In this document: positions 15,097 to 28,500 of the stretch, in pieces
How positions within the stretch are numbered: the stretch's first letter is position 1
Layout: the number at the start of each line of letters is the position of its first letter
Origin: Paramecium tetraurelia
Lineage: Eukaryota
Length of the DNA: 64,000 nucleotides
Reading direction: 5' to 3'
Assembly (NCBI GenBank): GCA_000165425.1
Contig: CT868025.1
Coordinates: 62,001-126,000, forward strand
Translations under genes and position numbers: made by a program
The notes under the pieces: generated by a model
The model's input: only the letters and a program-made list of their open reading frames with translations
What the model was told of the DNA's origin: nothing
Database searches by the model: none

Positions 15097-16491
15097 TCAT
15101 TATCTTCTATTTACTTCTTTTATCTATTCAGCAATATCTAATAATTCCTTTCTAATTTAGGCTTTTTATTTAAAATCTGATTCTTTTTAGGCTTATCTTA
15201 TTAGTTATTCATATTTATCATTTAATTACTTCAGTTTGTTTTCGATTTCACTATTTCGAACTGTTAAGGGAGGGGATAATAACTTTTTTTTAGAATGCTA
15301 CTATTGGTGATGTTATTCTTAAGGTATTATGTTGTGCTGATCTGATTTAAATGGAGTAGTTTATTTCATATCCTCTAAACAATCCTTAATGGCTTATTTT
15401 AAAACACTTGATTTGACAAAACTTTGTTCAAATCTTGGACTTGTTATTTGTGGTGATAAGAAATCTAAATTAAGTTTTGATACTTTATTATTATTATTTG
15501 GTTGCTAATTATTGTTTTAATATTAATTATTGATAAGCATTTCAAATTCAGGATCATCTGATTAGGAAATGTTCCTCATTCGTTTTTTATTTTGTTGATT
15601 ATTTTTTTCTTCATATTCTAATCTTAATTTCAATTATTAATATTTTAGAGTAATATCTTTTAATTCAATTGTTAATTGATGAATAGTGGATTAATATTCA
15701 TTACTTTTATTCAATAATTCTTAAATTCTTTTGGTTAATTAATCTTCTGTCTATTAACGTTGCATCTATAATTCTTCCATCATCCTCAAGTAGGCTTTCT
15801 CTTTTTCTTCGAGCTATGATCTATAGATTTGAATTTGCTTTTCGTACTCCTATAACTTAAATACTGGACATCGCTCCTTGTAATCTAGAATTTCGGCTTC
15901 CAGTTAGTGTTTTTCAGTTTACAATTTTTCATATTTCTTTTCTAACTTTTTTGCATATTATTCGCCTGATTCTACTCTTTATCTCAATTCCATGATTTGC
16001 TCTTATTATTTTGAGTTTTCCTCCTATTTTTGCTAATCAACCTTTTACATTAAGCCTCTTTCATTAGCTTTATAAGCCTATAATTATCTTTGCAAATATT
16101 CAATCTAATTTTGTTAATCCTGCCTATCCTTTTTTCCATCTTCAATCTTTTTTATTAAATCTGTCACTCTATCTTAGTATTCCTTTAGGTGAATTAATCT
16201 TTCTTATTGCAATTAGTCAATTTAAAGAATGTAATTATTGATGTTTTCTTTTTCATTTTGCTATCTTTGCAATTACATGGTTAATGTTTCATTCTAATTT
16301 CTCAACTCAGATATTTACTATAACAAATAATCCTCATCGTTAGATTTTGTTTTCGTTGGCAACAATGTGTCAGTTCTTTAAGTTTCCATAACCTTTATTT
16401 TCTCTTAAAGTGCTTTCATTGCCATTACATAAGCATTTGAAGAATTTCTATATCCAGAATTTGTTGTATTTCTTTATTCTCGTTAAAACAT
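15097..16491 (-). CDS. Coiled-coil protein, CEP57/translokin-like
   Basis: In-frame ATG to TGA span of 465 codons in code 6. N-terminal YVMAMKALQEKIKVME recalls the CEP57 ALKxLQEKI motif. A C-terminal helical block (IENKLKQLNDKYEQLIRQAQKESD..RKELLDIAEQIKE) resembles the CEP57 microtubule-binding region. The family call rests on motif memory only. Confidence 0.65.
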
Positions 16492-16507
16492 AGTTTATTT
16501 TACAATA

Positions 16508-17095
16508 ATGATTAAATTTATTGCCAGAAAAATTGACCGGTCCTCTTCATTCAACAGAGAAGAGTGCAAAAATGAGGAGGAATATTAAATGGAATACCCT
16601 GTCAATATTCAAAAGCGCATCAACATATCAGATTAAGAATACAATGATGATTATTAATTATTGAAATAAAATCCTCCAGGAGTGAGCTTGAAACTGAATA
16701 TCGGAACACCAAAAATTGAAACACCATCGAAGTTGCCCTATGTCGTAGATGAAAGTCATCAAAGGCATTCTTATTATATTAATATATAAGGCAAAAAGGA
16801 AGAATGAAATTCTATGATGATGCCAAGAAATATGGATTCTTAGTTCTTGATGAAGATGGAACAGATGTATTCGTTCATTATGATGATCTTTAAGCCGCAG
16901 GAATTAATATTGAAAAAATGAAGCTATATAAGATTGTGCACTAGTATTGATTTTTCTAAGATTAGGAATAATCCTCAATATGTGAAATTTACAAAAAATG
17001 GAGGTCCTTATTTTGAATTCACACTTATGAACTATATGGGGAAATATAATAAGAGTAGAAAAGCCATAGATCTTTAATTATTGAATTAAATTTGA
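16508..17095 (+). CDS. Cold-shock domain protein
   Basis: KGRMKFYDDAKKYGFLVLDEDGTDVFVHYDDL (RNP1/RNP2-like) at ~16795-16890 and C-terminal KAIDLQL. Two tiny introns, the first apparently GC-AG (16765-16790). Alternative start at Met 16589. Confidence 0.85.
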
Positions 17096-17241
17096 TATCA
17101 AAAAAATTTTATCTTGTATATTTATACTCTTAATTATATTACATATATCGTACTTTTATTAAATTTTGGAAAAAAATAATGCAAATAAACTGAATCATCA
17201 TTCTATTTATTCACATCCATAAAATCATTATTTTTTTCAAC

Positions 17242-17475
17242 ATGGGTTGTAAGGTTACCAAAAATAACAGATAATTAAAGGATGTAGATCATTTTATGAA
17301 CATTCTTGAAAAGAACACCACTGAGGATGAAACAAAGATTTCAGAGAAAAATAAATTATTTTAAATTAAAAAGAATCCTATATTTCAAAGGAGACTATCT
17401 TAAAAAAAAGAGAACACTCTCACCAAATAAACCTACTCTTATTTGGAAAGAAACAATTAGACTTAGAGTGGTTGA
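17242..17475 (+). CDS. Small MGC-start protein (77 aa), putatively N-myristoylated/palmitoylated
   Basis: MGCKVTKNNRQLKDVDHFMN...FQIKKNPIFQRRLSQKK...SG* is open in code 6. Confidence 0.65.
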
Positions 17476-18407
17476 CAATAGTTCTGATTCTATATATTTT
17501 GTGTTGATTATATTACGCTATTTATACACTTAATCTCCTAAGCTCTTCTCCAAAGAGAAATAGTATACCATTACAAAAAATGATAGTTAATAAACTAAAT
17601 ATCATAAAATTTTGTATCCTAGCATTTCAGGATATAATATAATAAACGTATATTGAGGTTAGCTTTTCTTAAATTCCTTAAATTGATGGTCTAAGTCTTA
17701 AATCTTAAGTTACATTCCAATGTTGTAAAATTTATATTAGTAATTTATGCTAATTATCTATTTTTATAAAATAGAGGTTTATTTGTTTCAAAATTAAATT
17801 GTTTTATATAATTTATTTTTAGTTAATGATTAATGTTTTAGCAAATGATTAAAGTTTTCTACTAAATTTGCATTAACCAAACACATCCATCCAAGAACAA
17901 GCTTCTACTTACCTTCTTTTAATAGTAACCCTTAAATTATAAATTTTTATAAAAATATTAAAAGTTTGATCAAAAAAGCAAATGTACCAATAAAAGTCAT
18001 TATTACATAAATAAAAATTAATAGCAGACAACATTGATAAAGAAATTATCGATAAAAAATTGTTGGTATAAAGTCTATTATCTGGTAATGTACTAATGTC
18101 TTCAAATTTAGTTCAATTTTAGATATCAATATAAATATTAGTTATTGGATTTTTAATTTAATAAATTATTGCATTATATTCTTGATTATCTCTATTTTAT
18201 TGTACTTCATAATAAATGGATTAAATTTTCAAGTAAATTCTGCAATTTAGTTGTTTATCTTGATTCTATTAATTTTCAATCTTAGAATATATCACAGTTG
18301 CTTTAGATTAATGTATTTTTAAACGATCATCAGAAACTGAATAAACTGAATAATTCATCAATTTATGATTACAACATTAATATATAATAACAATAAAAAA
18401 AATAAAA

Positions 18408-18629
18408 ATGGGATGCGCATAAATTAAGTAAAGTTAGAAAGGAGCTGCGATTTAATATGAAATTTATGAAAGAGCAGAACCTTCTGCAATATAAGCGTAG
18501 AAAAGATATGATATTCAAAAAAATCCTATAGTTTAACGAAGAGTTAAAAGTCATTCATAAACCCCTGACTTATAAAATAGAACTAAATAGTATTCTGATT
18601 TACTTCCAAGTTCCAAACCCTAATTTTGA
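18408..18629 (+). CDS. Small MGC-start protein (73 aa), related to 17242-17475
   Basis: MGCAQIKQSQKG...RYDIQKNPIVQRRVKS...KPQF*; shares the MGC start and the IxKNPIxQRR motif. Confidence 0.65.
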
Positions 18630-19716
18630 AAAGCCTTTATCAAAAGATAGAGTTATAAACTTTGAATCTATAAATCTATATTTCCAAATCTAAAAACAAC
18701 TTTCTCAACAAAAAGGTCTTTAGTATTTATGTATTTCAAATCTTTTTTTTATTACTCTCATATTCTTCCTAACATTACGTCAGATTTTATTTTGATCAAC
18801 AAAAATGAAGGGAATAAAAACATTTCTGACACCATCAACAATTTTAATAGATTTTATAACAATACAAAGTACAGAGACACTATTCAGCTAATTTTACTCT
18901 TTTTTGGTTGGATCAAATTTGATTATAATAAACATTAAGAATGAAAAAAATACGGTGAATGCAATAAAGGTTGTTAATGAATTGAAGAACTTTTGCATTT
19001 CCTTCCAAGCTTTACATCAATATACTAATCAACACCATATTGTTCAGCTAACAAATATTTCAATTTATTCAAACTCATAGCAGATTTATTACTAGATTAC
19101 TATGAAATCTTTTACAAAACCTTACTCCATCTCAAGGAATGAGGTGTTGTAGTCAATAATTATTTAGCTCATTATATTTAATGTCATAAATTAACTGATT
19201 CACAAAATTAATTCTGATGGTTGGAAGGTAAAATAGAAAATAAAAGAATCAGAAAATGTAATGATTGAATAATCATGTAATCAAACAAATTTCACGGTCC
19301 AAACTCTGCCTTATTTGATTTAGTAGATAAAATATTCTTGCAAATCATATATTTACGATGTCAATCATTAAAGGTGGTAAAAGGATTGCTATAATTTATG
19401 AGGTTTTTTGAATATTAATCAATAGGTTTTATGAAAAAATTACTACTGAAACTACTGAACAAGATGGGCTCAAATTTACATTAATTGAATTAGATTTTCA
19501 ACATACAAATGTACAAGTTTTGGAAATCAAAAATGATTTTATTGATAAATTAGATTAAAATACTTGTATAATTTAATTTAATAATAATAAATATATATTA
19601 TAAATATCAATTTATATATTTATTAATATTAAATTTTCATTGGATGAATAAAGTGGAATTAGAATATATATAGTAATTCAATTTTGGGGAGGGCGGGATG
19701 AAGAAATAATTAATAA

Positions 19717-21576
19717 ATGGATTTTGAATTCCCTCAATTGTTAAACCCAACTGACAACGAACCTTATATTCTAGTTACTGATGAGAAGGACGTTTTGAAA
19801 AGCAAATTATTGACAGCTCGTCAATTTAGTTAAGGAGCTGGTGGAAAAGCAGACCTAGTTGTAATAAAGGACTTTTTATAGTATTAAATCTCGGTTATCA
19901 TTTAAGAGACTTAACAAAAAAGTCCCCATTAGCTTATACTCCAGATGCAGAGTCTGGAGAACTGGTTAATAATTTTAATTCCCAACATAAAGCCTACAAA
20001 AACAAGGTGCAATCCTAGGTAGACTCATTTAAGCAACTTAATAAAAAATTGTAAGAAGGATATGATCATGCCTGCAACAATGTGGTTTCCCAATTAGTCG
20101 AAGGTGTTAAAGGTGAGACCTAAAATGTGGAAAAAGCATTTGAGTCTTTACAACAAGTTCTAAAGAGTGATCCTGAATAGGAGGCTTCAATCCCAAAACC
20201 AAAAGAAATTGTTAATAAAGTATTATTATTCAAATATTTCAAAGATATCCGACCTAAGAGCAGCTCCAGAATTGCCTGAGTATCTATTTTCAACCACAAA
20301 GAAATTGAGAGCTTGGAGATAGGCTCCAAATGAATTGTGTGTTTGGAACAAAACCAAGGAGCAATTTTATAGAAATAATCTAGAATCAACTCTTAATTAA
20401 GAACTCTAAGATAGATCTGAATTGGCTCTCAAATTTTGGAACCAATAAATCAAAAGTTTGGGAGATTAGTTCTTAAATATTTTATCCGAAGACTCTTCAT
20501 TACAATAATAGAATTTCGTTAGCTTAAACATTGAAACAGCAGAGGCCTTTGCCTTACTATTAAATACAATGATAACCCCTGAAACTAGGATAGTGTTACA
20601 CATAGGAGATTTCAATTAAGCTGATTCTAAATCCATTGCTGAGTCAATTTCAAGATTGACAAGTATTGTGAATCTATCAATTAAATGGAATGTCACTAAT
20701 AAGGCTTAAGGTTTGTCTCACATAGCCCAAGGTAATAGTGCTAATAATAATTAAAGCTATCGGACAAGCTGAACAATTGAAAGTATTGACTTTTGAATTC
20801 TCATCTAATGTGCAAGCTAATTAAGCAAAGGATTTTTTCGCTGAATTTAAAGAGGTCAAATTACCAAATTTGGAAGAGGTCAATGTAGTTGCTGAACAAT
20901 CAAATATAAACTCAGCAGTATAACACGTTGCAAAGGCATTAAAGTCAGTTGGTGGAGCTTAGGTCTCAAGAGTCTCTTTGAACTTCAGGTACTTTATAAT
21001 CATTCATATTATTTCTAGTTAGTCTCAAGTAGATAATAAATCAGCATAATAACTTGGCGATGCTTTGAGTACTTATAAAGGAGTGAAGAAATTATCCTTA
21101 AATTTTTCAGGATTTTCATTAAATTCCAATAATATTAAGGATGATGGATTCATCGGTTTGATTCAACATGTTCCAAATTTCTCGTCTACTTTAATTGAAT
21201 TAAATATCAATGTTGGAAGAAATCAATTAACTGATGGTTCTTTAGCAGCTTTGAATAAGCAATTCTAGAGTGTCAAATGGAGTGCTTTAAAGGCTGTGAA
21301 TATAAGTGCACATTACAATAAAATAACTGAAGAAGGGGCTAGAAAATTAGGAAAAGTAAAAATAGAAATATATCATTTTAGTTCCTTCATGGTCTCCCAA
21401 TTTTAGTAAATTTGTAATTGAATTTGAACTCAACTGAAATCAATCAAAAGGGATTGAGTTTTATTATTAATTAATTGGGTCCCCAAGTTAGTGCATCAAT
21501 TCAAGCAAAATAAACTCACGTGACTAAGGAGGAGGCAGCAGAATTGCAAGATAAGGTCGCATCATTGAGCATTTGA
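19717..21576 (+). CDS. Leucine-rich-repeat (RNI-like) protein with an unassigned N-terminal domain
   Basis: Starts MDFEFPQLLNP. LRR-like units include LSLNF..LNSNNIKDDG, LIELNINVGRNQLTDGSL, VNISAHYNKITEEG and LNLNSTEINQKG. Several GT-AG tiny introns; TGA at 21574-21576. Confidence 0.8.
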
Positions 21577-21624
21577 TATGATTAATTAATTGATTGCATT
21601 ATCAAAGAAATATATAGAAGTCTA

Positions 21625-23279
21625 TCACTAGTTTGGTTTCTTTTTTAAATTGATTTAAGGAGATTCATTTCTTCTATAAACTTCGACTTCAGGAGAACTG
21701 TTTTCTTTTTGTTCTAAAAAGGAACTCTGCTCTTTCCTAAGATATTTAAAGTAATAATTACTTTCTGGTTAAGAGTTCATCATATTTCTATAGCTTTTCA
21801 GAGATAAATGTAAGTTCATGAACATATTCCTTCATCCTTGTGTTGTAGAGGTCTTTCATGGCTTCAAAGCACAATTAGGCTTCCTCTACGCTTTTAATAT
21901 CTAATTAAGAAAGGCGTTCATTTAAATAGAGTTCTACCTTTTCTGAGACTTCCTTTTGATTCAAAGACTATCCATTAGACAGAGGCAACATTTATTATTA
22001 AGTTTACAATTTCTTATTGTTCGAATTGACATTGCCACCTCTTTGATATTATTCTAATTCTCTAATAAGGAGGAGTTTTTCCTATTCCAACCTTTTGACT
22101 ACTGCCTCTAAATCCACTTTTTCGTTTCTTCTTATCTTTAATAATAATGAAATTCATAATACCTCATTTTCTAATTAACCAACTCTTTAACTAAATCTTA
22201 ATGTTGACAAGGTCTCTTCAATGTTATCATTTTCAGAACTAATTGTTGAAATCATGACTGTTTTACAATTGCCTCCCAGAGAATCTTTGAGGAGAGTAGT
22301 CATTAATGAATTCCTGTATGGTATATGTTATCTATTGGCACCCTTCATCCTTTCGTTTAGGGCTATTATGACTTATTCTAAGTAGGTTAATGAAAGATTG
22401 ATATATTTTGCTTCATTTAGGAGATTGCCTTCAACTTAAGATTTGCTGATTCTTTCAGATCCAGCCAAATCGACCAAGTGCAGTTTGCTTACGAAACATG
22501 TTTCACTAGTTGTGTCACAACCTTCAAGAGTCACAGTGAATATGCAATGGGATCTTGAACTTGATTGATTCATTGGAGTGGAACTAACTTGCCTAATAAA
22601 ATTGCCCATCATGAGTAGATCTATTCCTTCTTGCTCGTTATTACACTAATGAATTGACAAGTTTTTGAGGTGAATGTTATTTTGATCGTCCTCATATAGT
22701 GCAATCTAATAGGCTAACAGAAAGTTAATACTTTGTTCCATTACTCTAAAGGGGTTTCAAGATGTCTCTTTTCTAATAAATCGTAGGCATTTTCATTATA
22801 AATTTCCATGAAGGAGATGTAGATTTTATATTGGAACTTGGTTCGTTTATCGATTTCATCAAAAATATAGGAGAGTGCTCTTGGGATCACTCCACGTAAT
22901 TGCCAAGTTTCAGCACCACTCATGGTGTATGTTTTACCTGATCCAGTTTAACCATAAGCAAAAATGGTAGCATTATAGCCATCTAGGAAACTAAGTAAGA
23001 TTGAACAAAGTTCTTTACCTGTTAATGACTGGGATGGTGACAGTACTGAATATTTATTCTTAGGTAGACTTTTGATCGAACACATGAGTGAAATTGAATT
23101 CTAGATTATCTCTGCTATTATTGACTAATCCGAATTTGACATGTCTGGGCAATAGGACTTATAATCGCTTATTATGATACAATTGATATTGCATGGCATT
23201 TTAAGATTGACTGCTTAAATTACAATAATTACTTATTGGATGGCTTTAATCTCAAGTATACTTCAAATTGAGATTTCAT
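21625..23279 (-). CDS. KIF6: Kinesin motor protein, kinesin-9 (KIF6-like)
   Basis: P-loop [15 protein letters not shown], switch [10 protein letters not shown], switch [14 protein letters not shown], and the kinesin-9-type [16 protein letters not shown] and [22 protein letters not shown]. The kinesin call is firm; the KIF6 subfamily call is less so. Confidence 0.9.
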
Positions 23280-23327
23280 ATGCAGTTAAAAATTATATAT
23301 ATTTATATATATATACATATTTAAGTA

Positions 23328-24671
23328 TCAACTAGATATTCTCGTTTTAGAGATGACTCTTTTGAGAATGCTCAAATCTTTGTCTGAAATTTCATAGATC
23401 TCCTTGATGTTTTACCTACATAAAAAGCATTCCTTATTCTTCTAGGCCATTTAAATCGCACACTAATAGCAGATTCCTCCATGACCACAAGTCATGAGGA
23501 CAGCATTTGGAGGTCTTTCGCAACAAATGATGCATTTGCAATCAGATTGTTGTTGAGGGTCTTAAGATTTTAAAACGATTTTATTATTATTCGTATTTCG
23601 TTCAGTATCAATTTCATTTTGATTAGTACATTTTAATATGACTATTTCAGGATCTTTGATCTATTTGAAATAGGCTGATGAAAATTTCTGTAAGAATATC
23701 TATGTTTTGGTTGGTTCTTTTTTGATCCTCTAATCCTGACATGGAGTATTGGGTGATGAATCTCGAGATTCCAATTGATTTAATGACAATGCAAATTCTA
23801 CGATGTCTTTAAAAAGGTATTTGGAGATTGCACTAAACATCACAATGTTAAAAGAAATCAGTATGTACATAATGCAATCTCCAATCTTCAGATCCAAGTC
23901 AACGTCTAAAATATTGAGAGTGTTGATTATCCAAGTCCCAGCGATTAGACTACTTAGAATGCTAGTGTATAGGGTCCATATCAATGTTTTAACTTGGTTT
24001 AAAATCAAACATACCTTCACTTTTATAATTGAGAATTTCTTAGCGATTATAAATGCTGAATAGTTTTGAGATGAGGATCAATAGAATTGTGATGGTCGTT
24101 CCAACTAGGCCGCTTAGAAACATCCAGTACCACCAGAAGGTTTGTGCCCATGACCAATTCACGTAGGAACTCAATTTCAAGGTGATACACAATACGGAGA
24201 CTATTAAGCAAAAGCGATAAAATATGATCGTCTAAGTTTATGCGTTTTCTAACATACCAATCTAATTATTGTGGAGTGTTCATATTAGTCTTCTGAAGTC
24301 TTGTTGCATCCTATATTAACTATGAAGGATAGAATCAAAAAGGTGTTGCAGAAGATGTAATAATTTAGCCCTAAATAATATATGGTTATGACGTAGATCT
24401 AAAAGAAGTTGATGGTTATGGGTTACTTGAAGCAGGATGTGAAATAGATGATCGAATTTCTTTTGTGTCTTTCCTTCAGTGCATTTCAACAGCATCACCA
24501 ATTCATACAGTATTGTCAATAACAGGGGCAGTGCCATGGGAGCACTTTGATACTGGAATAGAGTGAACAGAAGAACAAATATGTTGTAGTAGAGGTATTT
24601 GAAACAAAAGCACTTTAAAGTGAATTCCACAACATCTCTTTATAGGTATAAATCATTGTTTACTTTTACAT
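23328..24671 (-). CDS. Multi-pass membrane protein with a C-terminal RING-HC (C3HC4) domain
   Basis: Several hydrophobic helices at 23770-24600 and CIICCERPPNAVLMTCGHGGICYQCA..ECFLCR at ~23415-23535. The start MQKDVVEF needs a 26-nt intron just after the ATG. Confidence 0.85.
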
Positions 24672-24707
24672 ATTTTCACTATTGTTAATTAATTTAAATT
24701 ATCAAAC

Positions 24708-25541
24708 ATGAATTAATATGTGCGCATCAAACCTGTGTTTGCAACATTCTATCCAGACCAATGCAGGAATCATTCGAAGGAAAATAGGGTGAGTTCCGGA
24801 TATGCTCAAAGCAGAATGGAAGAGAAATCATAATCAGTCGATAAATTTAAAAATCAAGTGATCCAATTGCAAACTTAACAGAACGATTTGAACGAGCATA
24901 TGCAAATGCAAATTGGCAAACTAATGGAGAGGATGAATAATGCAGAACAACATATTGCAAGGATCTATGAGAGTGGATGGATGGATGCCATCAATATAGT
25001 TTAGGAGGACATGCACAAATTGCAAATGCAACTCCAGAGCGTCTAATAAATGATCGTTGTTGAAGAAGAGAAGTCACAGCAATTCTACCTAGAACAAATC
25101 AATCAAATGAAATACACAGTATTAGATTAAATTAATAGTATGGATTCAGAAATCAATGTCAAGATGGAAGATCTAAGAATTAAATTGGAGGAATACAACC
25201 AAGAATTCAAATTGAAATTGGTTGAAAACAATGACATTGACAAATACTAACGATTCAATGAAGAAATGTCAATATATCTAAAAAATAATAATAACTAAAA
25301 TCTCACTCTCTCACCCAAATACAAAAGCAGATCATAAAAACTATCCTTACCCTAAATAAACGAATTAGATGACTCCTAATAACTCCAATCCTTTTAATTT
25401 TTGCAGTCTCAATCCCTCCAATATTAATTAGACAATGAAGGTTACTTGTTACTAAATGGAGAATACATATACGATAGTGTTGGAAATAAACAATAGTTGT
25501 CAAATGATTAAATAAAATATCTAAATTTAATACCAAAATGA
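24708..25541 (+). CDS. Hypothetical coiled-coil protein
   Basis: Intronless 278-codon ORF in code 6; Q/E/K-rich middle and C-terminal YQLDNEGYLLLNGEYIYDSVG. Confidence 0.75.
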
Positions 25542-25557
25542 TGCATATTAAATATAT

Positions 25558-28500
25558 TCATATCTTTTATGAACTCATCTTTTATAGACTCCCCCCCTCG
25601 ACTTTACTTCTTTAACTAGTATGCAAACGCATTGTTGACTTCCTCCTTAATCTACTCGTCAGAGTATCATCCATCTTATCTGTCTTGATCTCATCTTCCC
25701 TGAAAAGATGAATCTTTTGACATATGCTCTCAGGTATAAATTTGAATAGCAATGAAAAAACTATTCCAAATACTCCAAATCCGAAACACAGTAGATGCTA
25801 AGACGATGTCAGATGTGACACCTTCACATATCTACCACCATATTGAATTAGTAATATCTAAACTATCACTGTAATTGTTTAAACGATCCAAAACAATGGG
25901 TTATTACAAAAATTTGAAAAGGGGTTTTTTGTATGATAATCTAATTGTCTGCATGAAATCGAATTGAACACTTGCATCAAAACAAACGCTTAGAAAAATA
26001 TGCTCATTTGCACTACATTCGAAGGGTACTTATGATAAATGAGCAATTCTTACTTTCAAACCAACAAGTTCTGGTGGCATAGAACAATCTACGTAGTTTG
26101 GTAACAAGAATAGAATAAAGGAAAGTATAGTTATTTAATAGACACTAGCTCCTACGATGGTTCTGTACATAGTTGGGGAAACTATTTGATCTGTTCTTCT
26201 ATACGGTAGTCTTGACAACACTGTTATTGATGGAGGTTCTGTAGCCAAAGCCAAGGATGCAAAGGTGTCCATAATTAAATTGACCCATAGCATTTCGATT
26301 GCATTTAAGGGAGATTACTTTAATATCACAGCACCTGTAAATGACATGAATAGTGCCACCAAATTGACAGTTAATTAAAATTAAATAAACTTCCTTATGC
26401 AATCATAGATGTTTCTACCCCATATCATAGCTAATTACACTCATTAATAAATATACCTGTAAGAATTGAATTGAAGTTATCATCAATAAGGATGATATCT
26501 GCAGCATCCTTGGCAACATCAGATCCAGTAATTCCCATAGCAAATCCGACATCAGCTTTCTTTAAAGCAGGTGCATCATTAGTACCATCTCCTGTAACAG
26601 CCACAACATTGCCTTCCTCAATTAACCCAGTAACTAATAGGTATTTATCTTCCGGGGATGCTCTTGCCATAACCCTCATTTCTCTACTGATTTTGGAGAA
26701 GATCTGCATATTTTTAATTTTCTTAATTTCCTTACCTTCATCATCCTTAACAGTCATCAACCCTCCAACCAATTCTCTAAATTTTTTGCCTTCAATTACC
26801 TCAAATTCCTATTGAGCTCTGCCTTACTCCAAAATGCCACACTCCTTGGCTATGGATTATGCAGTAATGATATTATCTCCTGTAACCATTCTCACAACCA
26901 CTCCAGATTAATTGCATAATTTGATTGCATTTGGAACATCTGCTCTAATGGGATCCTTTATACCACAAATAGCAATTAATGTTAAATCCTTATCTAAATC
27001 ATCTTCTGGAATTTGATGAATATGTGCCTTCATATTTACTGTAGAACCTTTAAAACTAGAACTCTGAGGTTCAAAATCTCTGTAAGCTATGGCTATTGTT
27101 CTTAAACATTGAGAAGCATATTGTTCAATTACATTGTGTAGAATGTCATCCTTTTTTGCTTTATCAAGTAACATTTCATTTCCCCCTTTTGAAACATATT
27201 TGAAACATTATGCCAATATGATTTCTGAAGCCCCTTTTGTAAATATTCTAACAGTCTAATTCTTTTAATTGAGAACAGCAGTGCTCATCTTCTTTCTTTT
27301 GCTACTGAAAGGTATTTACCTGAGTATCTTGTCATTTTGTCTATAATTGGCATACTTGAACCCAAAGAGATCAGCTAATTCAATCAAGGCACACTCTGTT
27401 TTATTTCCAATTTGTATCCATCTATTGCTATTTTTATCTTTGGTTGGATTTGCATTCGAATTATAGCAAATAGATTCAGCCATTATTTCTACTGTTTGTT
27501 TTGATAGCAAATTATTATTCGAAGTCAATTAGTCCTTAAGAATGAAACTATTTTCACTCCAAATAGTAGTGACTGACATGACATTTTAAGTTAGTGTCCC
27601 TGTCTTATCACTACAAATATTATTGGCTCCTCCCATAGTTTCACAAGATGCAAGATTCTTTACTAGATTTTATTCATCCTTCATCTTTCCTACTGAATAG
27701 GCCAAAGCTATAGTCACAGCAAGTGGCAATCCTTCAGGCACTGCAACTACTATGATGGTTACTCCAATCATAAATGCATCGATGATAAATGAGAATGTTT
27801 TCAAGGTCAAGAAATCATGTTTATGTAATACAAAGACATCATAGATTAGATGTCCCATCAATGCTATAAATGTTAGGATGGCTACCAATGTTCCCAATTT
27901 ACCAATATCTTCAGCCACCCCCTCCAATTTTTGTTGGAGTGGTGTTGGAGGATTATCTTAGTTTAACAATAATTTCAACTGTCCTTAAACTGTATTTTAT
28001 CCAACCTACAATACTAGCATGTAACCATTCCCATCTAGACATTTAGTACCACTGATCAAAAAGGGACTACAATGATGACTGTCTAATGGTAATTTTGATT
28101 GTTGAATCATCTCACTAAAGGGTAACTTTTTTATCTCATCAGACTCGCCGGTCATTGCAGATTCATCCACTTTCACTGAAGATCCCTGGATCATTAATCC
28201 TTTAGTTATTGTTATTGTTCATACCATCCACTGCGAACATGTCTCCGATCCCAAATTAGAGAACATCGCCTACTACTATGTCCTTTATTGATATCTCCAC
28301 TATTCCTCCTCTTACTACTTATACTATTCCCTCATCCAACCTTCTACGCAATTACTAAAATTGTCTTTCTTTTAAATAATTATTACCAGCTGTTATTGAA
28401 ACTATCAAAAACACAGCAAAAAATATTGTTGCACTAAATAACTATTAACCAATTTTACATACCCCTCTGTCCATCCAGTTGCCACGCCTTCATTTACCAT

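Noticed and set aside
18780..19190. Minus-strand membrane-protein-like fragments
   Set aside because: Could not be joined into one ORF with plausible introns, so not called as a CDS.
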